Positions 57,470-64,000 of a stretch of 64,000 nucleotides of DNA are shown piece after piece. The notes below the pieces were generated by a model that was not told the DNA's origin, ran no database searches, and saw nothing but the letters and a program-made list of their open reading frames with translations. This stretch comes from Macrostomum lignano (Eukaryota). Numbering within the stretch: position 1 is the stretch's first letter; every line of letters starts with the position of its first letter. Position numbers and translations under genes: made by a program. The DNA is taken from contig NIVC01003194.1 of assembly GCA_002269645.1 (NCBI GenBank), forward strand, positions 78,634-142,633, read 5' to 3'.

Positions 57470-58994
57470 TATTAGTCATCCATCTAGACGATGTAGCGAA
57501 GAAGACACAGCGAGGATCGTCCTGCCGAAGAGTCTCGACGCCACGGTGTTCGCGGACCTGCATGGTTCGCTTTACTGCGGACACATGGGTCGAGATCTCA
57601 CCATCGCGAAGGTGCGCGAGAGGTTCTGGCCACCTGCCTTGGCCAAGGCAGTGTCCGACTATGTCGCTTCCTGCCAGACCTGCACTCAGAGCAAAGGACG
57701 GCGACGAATTCCGGCGCATGTACAATCGTTCCGGTCTGCGAACTCTATGGGCGATGCGCAATCGACATCCTGGGCCCCACTGGAGACCCGACGGACCGAG
57801 GCAATAAGTAAATCCTACGTCGATACTACGTCGAAATATCCCTTCGCCTTCGCCATGAAGAATCAGCGGGCCGAGACGATCATAACTCTCCTGCAAGAAC
57901 AAGTCTTCCCGATTACCGGAAACCCCGGCGTGGATCCATTTGGACCAATGCAAGCAGTTTACAGGGCATGAGTTTCGACATTTCTGCGAAGTCTATGGCA
58001 TTCGACAAACACGACGCCGCCATACTCGCCCTGGGCTAACGGACAAGCTGAATCGTGCAACAAGAGCATTAAGAAGGTGCTCACTTGTCTCCTCGAGGAC
58101 CATAAACAGTGGGACAAGATGCTGCCAGCCGCTCTGACAGCCCTGAGATCAGCTGTCAACCGTACGACGGGTTTCTCGTCGCATTACGTCGTCTACGGAG
58201 TGCCCTATCAGTGCCCGATCGATAACACCCTAGACCGCTTGGACGTATCGCCTGACCTCCCCGAGTACATCGCGAAGCATCAGCGCAGACTGGCCGAGAC
58301 CGAAAGGATTGTGCGACAGCGATTGCGAGCCGAGATCCAACGTCGCGAAGAGTACTACGAGAACCGACCCAAGCCCGTGGAACTGCAGCCCGGAGACCTG
58401 GTCTGCCTGGCCAATCCGAAGCTCGAATTGGGAGAGCTGCCCAAGTTCCACCGGCCGTACAAAAGCATGTACAAGGTCAACAGAAAGGTCGGCGAAGTAG
58501 CCTACTGGATCCAGCCTGCAACAGCCCGACGTGGACGCCCAGCCGAAATGCTAGTACATCGCAATAACGTCATCAAGGTGCCGCAGATGATGGCAGATCG
58601 ACCGCAGGAGCCGCCGCGCCAGACAGAGCGGCCAATGCTGCCCTACGAGTCGAGCGACGAAAGCGAAGTTGACCCAGCCGATCAGCCCGCTCCTGAACAG
58701 CCAGCCGCAGCTCAGCCTGACCTGCGCGGCAGTCAATTGTTCGAGCCGAGCTTGCGCCATCCAGAAGTGCTGCCCGAAGGCGACCCGGATCTGCCCGATA
58801 TTGGCATGGAGATCGAAGTCTGAAAAGGTATTTACCTATGAATTTTCTGTTGTACAAAGTTGCTAACTTTTATGCGCATTACTGTTAGTAGTTAATTTGC
58901 AAACGCGCTCTAACTTTAATTTTGCCGTAAGCTTTTTCTGCACCTGCTCTGTGCTGAAAGCCAATTTAATTGTCCGTTCAATTTTCCTTTCTCT

Positions 58995-59540
58995 TCCTTA
59001 TGCTTTTGGGATAAAAGCAAGTGTTTAATTTTGCCATAATTTCTGTTCTCCTTATGCTTTCTGGATAAAAGCAGGCATCAAATTTTAATTTCAATGTACT
59101 TTTCCTTATGCTTCAGAGATAAAAGCTATTTCTGTCTCCTTATGCTTTCCGAATAAAAGCAGGCGTCAAATTTTAACTTCAATGTACTTTTCCTTATGCT
59201 TTTGGGATAAAAGCAAGTGTTTAATTTTGCCGTAATTTCTGTCTCCTTATGCTTTCGGGATAAAAGCAGGTGTCAATTTTGCTATACTTTCCTGTACTTT
59301 TCCTTTGCTTGAGGGAAAAAAAAGCAGCCAATTTTGTACTTTTCCTTATGCTTGAGGGATAAAAGCAGCTGTCAATTTTTTTTGCCGTTTCCTTATGCTT
59401 TCTGGCTAAAAGCAGTGTATTTGAACCATTTTCCATGCTCATGTATAGTGTGCGATTCTGCTATTCCTTCGATGCGATTTAGTAATCAGCACCATGCGCT
59501 TTGTATTGATCTTTATGCTTTGCGGTAAAAGCACACACTA
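58995..59540. repeat. Array of about 10 short hairpin units (TGCTTT-N5-9-AAAGCA) in the Gypsy 3' region
   Basis: Copies near 59001, 59055, 59109, 59143, 59197, 59250, 59306, 59349, 59396 and 59516. Confidence 0.8.
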
Positions 59541-59851
59541 ATGCAACAATAGTCAATATTTAATCAATGCGTCCTTATTTAATCAATGCGATACAGTTAC
59601 ATCATTGCGTTTTTTTGCGTTTTCATCTGATTTTGCGCATCCCCGTTTGCTGTACACTTCTTCGCACGCAATCAAAGTGCAGAAGTATCCCCTTTCCTTT
59701 CCATATGATTTCAGGAGAAAAGCTACAAGTTTGTAAACCTTCCAGTTTGATTAAAACTGAATATTTCTCTCTCTGCTATTTTGTGAGCTGTCCGTCAATC
59801 AGCGCAGATCAATGATCTCCGGAACCACGACGGAACCAACCAAGCTGTAGG

Positions 59852-60064
59852 GTGCAATGCACCGCCCGGGCTGAAGTCCCGGAGGTCATCGACCTGACGA
59901 TCGACTCTCCACTGGACAACGCGCGTGTTCGGCACCTCATGGCTCAACGTTTGGCAGCTGCTCTTGCCTACGCTCAGTTAGAGCAGGAGTTGAGCCGCGG
60001 CCTGCGTGAGGTCCGTCGCCACATCAGGAGTTCTTTTCCAGATCCCGGTCCGGAACCTCCGTGA
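59852..60064 (+). CDS. Small hypothetical ORF in the Gypsy 3' region (GTG start, uncertain)
   Basis: GC-rich, non-repetitive 70-codon frame containing EVIDLT and a helical-looking segment; start not established. Confidence 0.3.
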   Translation: MQCTARAEVPEVIDLTIDSPLDNARVRHLMAQRLAAALAYAQLEQELSRGLREVRRHIRSSFPDPGPEPP

Positions 60065-60094
60065 GTCGTTCGCCAGGCCGACCGCGGCAAGGCC

Positions 60095-60670
60095 ATGGAC
60101 GGAGACCCCCAGCCTCCGCCCCAGTTCGGGGCCCACAACGACCTGGCCGGATCGCCCATGTTGTTGACCCAGGGCCTCCCACCGCCAGAGGTCGGCCAGG
60201 AGGAATCAGCCGAGCCCGCAGGTCTCTGGGATGGCCTGGCGGCAGCACTGCGCCGCAAGCTGCCCCGCGCGCTGCCGTCAACGCCAGAGAGCCCGCCACA
60301 GCTGGTGGATGCTAGCACGCAAACGACCGGCCCGGGGCCAGCTCTACCCACCGATGAGGGACGAGCGGCGCTGCTGACCGCCGCTGCCTGCCTAGCGCGT
60401 AACATCTTGGTCGATGCGACTCGACACGGCCACTGGCCCCAGGCGCTCGCTGGTCCGGTATGGAGCAGCCTGCGCTGGACGACGGTTGAAGAACGCTCGG
60501 CCCTGCTCGAAGAGGCCGTTCGTCTGGGCGGTCCAGACTTGCAGCAACTGTACTGCCAGTACGCTGTACACCCGGCGGCGATCGAGATCGCCCGGCATCT
60601 TGGCGGCAGCGAAGCAGATCTGCCGGCAGCCCTAGCCCGGCCACGAAACAATGAAGGGGCCGCATTTTAA
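60095..60670 (+). CDS. Hypothetical 191 aa accessory ORF of the Gypsy element
   Basis: ATG start, GC-rich and non-repetitive, sense to pol and upstream of the PPT; no recognised domain. Confidence 0.45.
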   Translation: MDGDPQPPPQFGAHNDLAGSPMLLTQGLPPPEVGQEESAEPAGLWDGLAAALRRKLPRALPSTPESPPQLVDASTQTTGPGPALPTDEGRAALLTAAACLARNILVDATRHGHWPQALAGPVWSSLRWTTVEERSALLEEAVRLGGPDLQQLYCQYAVHPAAIEIARHLGGSEADLPAALARPRNNEGAAF

Positions 60671-61046
60671 CCATTGTTCATTCAGGTTGAGGTGTTCTCG
60701 CCAACCCAGAGCTCACTCCCGGTTGGGGATGCAGATGCCTCCACGCGTGCTTAGGCGCCCTTTTTTCTCTAGTGGGCTGGCGCCCCCACATCGTATTTAG
60801 GCACCATCACTCCTGTGGGCTGGCGCCACCATGTGCTATTTAGGTGCTTGCTAATAGCAGGCCGGCGCCCTTGCAGTACCGGGCAACAATCTTTATGGCC
60901 TGCCCAGCCAAGCAGTTTTAAGACCGCATTTTCAGCCTTTTACGCTCAAGTTTGTTTCCTTTTGTATGGTCATTAAATCCACAGTTACCTTGTTTTAAAT
61001 AAAGCGCGCGCCGCTTCACTCCGCCTCTTTATTTGAATGGGGAGAG

Positions 61047-61930
61047 TGTAATGAGTCGCTAGTTTAGTTAGGCGCCGCACTAGTCAGCTGCTGCCCTCGC
61101 CCTCGCGCTAGGCTTCTGTCTGCCGCTGGGCAGTTTCCTGTCCCTCCCGCCTGTCCTCTGGCCTGTCCCTCACCCATTTGCCTGTCTGCTTGTTTGTCCT
61201 CGTTTGCCCTCGTTTGCCTCGTGTTCTTGTTTTGCAGTGTCCAGACAGCTTGGTCTGGCCTGCCTCTGTTTCGTTCCTTGTTTGGCATCTCCAAATTTGG
61301 AGTGCTGTCCTAATTTTCCGGTCCAACGGTCACGAGTGCCTTCACTTGTGGGCCTTTTCCCCTTGTCATGTGAGCCAGTCACATGACAAGGCCTTATTCC
61401 TTCTTTAGTCCAAAGTGCAATGATTTCATTATTGTACGCTAGACTCGTGTTTATGGGGAGATCACATGCGCCCGGACCCCTTTGCTTCCTCTGAGGCAGG
61501 GCCCGCTTGTTTGTTTCTAAACAAAGCAACAGTCACTTATGACTCTTAGCGGGGGTCTTTCGTGCTATGGTGCAATTGATCCTCTCTATAAATGCAGCCC
61601 CTCTCATGGATTGGCTCAGACAAGCGTTTTCAGCCTTTCAGCCTTTCTGCCAACCCGCTTTCTCTCCCGTTTTCCCGAGTAACCGTTCTCTGCGTCCAGC
61701 GAATACTCTAAGTTTGTGTGCTGAGTTTGCATCTGAGTCTGAACTCCCAAGACTCCCAACTTTGCGCGTGACTGCCTCTGATTGCTCCTGCTATCAATTA
61801 GCCGGCCAGCTCGGATCGCCTGAAGCTAGCACTTTCGCTCTCACCCAGCTCTCTTGTAGCAATATAAGTTCCAGGTGTTATCATGCCAGAATAAATATAT
61901 ATATTTATATGTATCCAAAGCATCATTAAT
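61047..61930 (+). repeat. 3' LTR of the Gypsy element
   Basis: Starts TGTAATGA right after the PPT. TATA-like TATAAA at about 61585 and AATAAA at 61890-61895. The end is either TGTTATCA (about 61883) or TCATTAA (about 61929). Confidence 0.6.
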
Positions 61931-62717
61931 AACTATCTATATTCTTAAGTAAATAATAACCAAAAGGCAATGTCAATACCTATTAATTATTACTTTATAG
62001 AACTTAGGCTAAGCCTTTGAATCAACTCCAGTTACTAAAAATGACTAGGCCCTCAATGTTGGGCACCATTGTAATTGAAAATCTTAAATTCCATAAAATG
62101 GCAAAAGCATTAGTGTTAAAACAAAAAATCTTAACTTAAAAACTCTAACTATATAAAAATATAAATGATGTTCTATCAGTAGCTGCCTAACAATGCTATT
62201 GTCAATCATTGATTGAACTTTGTATACCTAATAGACCCAATTGTCCATACTCATATATAGGCCTATTATTATCCATTTTAATATTAATAATGAATTCTGT
62301 AAATCTTACTTAGCTTAAAGCAGTCACTATAGGAAACTACAGGATAGGCCTAGCCAATTGTTTTGTATAGAGCAATAATTTTTTGTAATTTTTCAAGCAA
62401 ATCTAAATAGTTATACCTAATTTACAGACTCAGACTCAGACCTAGACTAAAATAATTTTTATATTTGCTATTTTATGAACCCAGACTAGGCCTATCTATT
62501 TTACAGACTTTAATCAAACTTTCTTTTAGGGTTTTTATTAACTTTTTTATATCTAAAGCTGTTTATTTAAAATTTTAGGGTGCATTCAATTTAATATAGT
62601 TTAATAAATGTTTTAAAATCAATAAAAATCTTAAATTAATTAGATATTGGTCTAGGTCTAGGTCTATATACAATAATCTATAAATTAGTTTGGCCTATAA
62701 CCAATCTGAGCTGTGCA

Positions 62718-63365
62718 TAGTGATGGATTAAAATTATTTTTCATATTGAAATTGAAATTAGAAATTTTAGGGTCTTTTGAATTTAAATTGAAAATGAAAT
62801 TGAAATTTTTAGCTTGACAAATTTTTATATTTTTATTAGGCCTTATCATGCAAAAAAGTTTAACACCTTAAATCTGTAGACTGCATGTTATAGGCCCTAT
62901 GTATTTAGCTTGCCTTACATTTTTTGTTTAGGCCTACACCTGGAGATCTATACATCAATTTCATTCAGCTTTATAAGTCTTTAGCCAATTAAAATCCACA
63001 CCAATGCATTCAGGTAGTGGGCTTCTGTGGACTGTGGAGGTTGAGGTGGGTGCAAGACAAGGCCTGGATCAAAATGTGTGTGCCCCGCACAATCTTTTCT
63101 TATAGAAAAGGCAATTCTTGCCTCCACCGCTGAGTCTTTGAACTGCACTTCTTTTCACTTCCTATAGATTTTTTTACTTGTATAGCATGATCACGATCAG
63201 GTCTAATTGCCGAAATAACCAAATTTCGAAATGATTTTTGAAGAATGGTGTCGAAATTTGAAATTGAAATCGAAATTATTTTGATCCAAAATTGGGTTCG
63301 AAATTCGGAATAGGCCCCCTATTGACATGAAATCGAAATCGAAATCGAAATTCGTTCCATCACTA
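62718..63365. mobile_element. hAT-like non-autonomous element (MITE), 648 bp
   Basis: Terminal inverted repeats TAGTGATGGA (62718-62727) and TCCATCACTA (63356-63365). Flanking 8-mers GCTGTGCA and GCTGTACA match at 7 of 8 positions, as expected for a TSD. Subterminal GAAAT(C/T) repeats at both ends. Confidence 0.75.
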
Positions 63366-64000
63366 GCTGTACAAGTGCTACAAACTAGGCATACATACTC
63401 TGGGCCTAATAGGCCTAAATACTCTGAGCATATAGCTAGCTAATGCATTTCTAATACGAACACCATTAAAATTAAAAACCCTTGCTGTTCAGCCTTGCCT
63501 TGCGACTTGCGTGGCGTGGCTTTATGGATTTGAAATTTCACACAGACGCTTGTTGTGTATGCAAATAATTTAGGCCCTAATTTATCTGTAAATTTTAATA
63601 TGCAAATCTGAGCTGAACAAGATATAGCTTATTTTGTTGCAGTGGTTACAAATGGAACATCAATACGAATAGGCCCTAATAATAAATATAACTTGGGGAA
63701 ACGGACAGACAATTATTTTAAACACTACCTGTTTTTCGAAGAAAACCATTTCTCCCTTTTGAGTAATAAAACAGCCAAAACTATACCTTCACTAAATTTG
63801 GCCTTAGTTTGTTCTAATTTTCTAGTTTTTTCGATTTTTTACTTAATAAATTACATTAACAGTATCACAGCTATCACAATGTTCTATCGGACTTGCGACG
63901 GTTTTTTTGTTAGAGGGATGCAAATATGGTTTTTACCAGAAGCTTGCACTACTCTGCTCTAATTTAAAAACAAAAATCGCCCCCTTAATCCACGTGGGTA

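Larger units (their letters stand above)
54765..58823 (+). pseudogene. pol: Gypsy pol (RT, RNase H, integrase) with stops and frameshifts
   Basis: RT motifs YPIPNIEE, FDLNSGYYQI, MPMGL and AYLDDVIVYS, with in-frame TAA stops. RNase H motifs LDTDAS, YPITKQELLAV and TDHAAL. Integrase HHCC (LHGSLYCGH..CQTC) and core IDILGP / NGQAESCNK, spread over shifted frames. Confidence 0.9.
54765..61930 (+). mobile_element. 5'-truncated, decayed Ty3/Gypsy LTR retrotransposon
   Basis: Domain order RT, RNase H, integrase. Polypurine tract AATGGGGAGAG followed by TGTAATGA at 61047, marking the 3' LTR start. No gag, protease or 5' LTR. The 3' end is approximate. Confidence 0.85.

Noticed and set aside
1-64000. 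SL RNA, tRNA or rRNA genes
   Set aside because: No recognisable leader-exon/Sm-site gene, cloverleaf or rRNA sequence was seen by eye; a covariance search was not possible.

Overview
Eukaryotic, intron-containing DNA in which almost every intron and intergenic gap is filled by its own minisatellite. This organisation resembles the free-living flatworm Macrostomum; the species is an inference, not shown by the sequence. A 7-exon NECAB gene (+, 1475-13766) converges on a run of nine co-oriented minus-strand genes, listed 5' to 3': ZNG1/CBWD, DALRD3, PRELID3/SLMO, a C2H2 zinc finger, MICU1, a DGAT1-like MBOAT, SIRT6, SMYD4 and PMVK. PMVK and SIRT6 have no ATG where the conserved initiator Met belongs. 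Instead their conserved N-termini start in frame directly after a pyrimidine-tract/AG acceptor, and several other genes have strong acceptors in frame with their own ATG. This fits a spliced-leader (SL) trans-spliced, possibly polycistronic cluster in which the SL's terminal AUG supplies the start codon. The DGAT1-like protein lacks the catalytic His and looks like a pseudoenzyme. Upstream of the cluster is a 5'-truncated, decayed Ty3/Gypsy element (pol, hairpin array, two extra ORFs, PPT, 3' LTR). It is interrupted by a truncated Penelope-like element (GIY-YIG domain, 45-bp inverted repeat, 12-bp TSD, hammerhead ribozyme motif). A hAT-like MITE lies near the end. Single-base frameshifts in MICU1 and ZNG1 are most likely assembly errors. 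Most long repeat-derived ORFs in the track are spurious. All homology calls come from recalled family motifs, not database searches.
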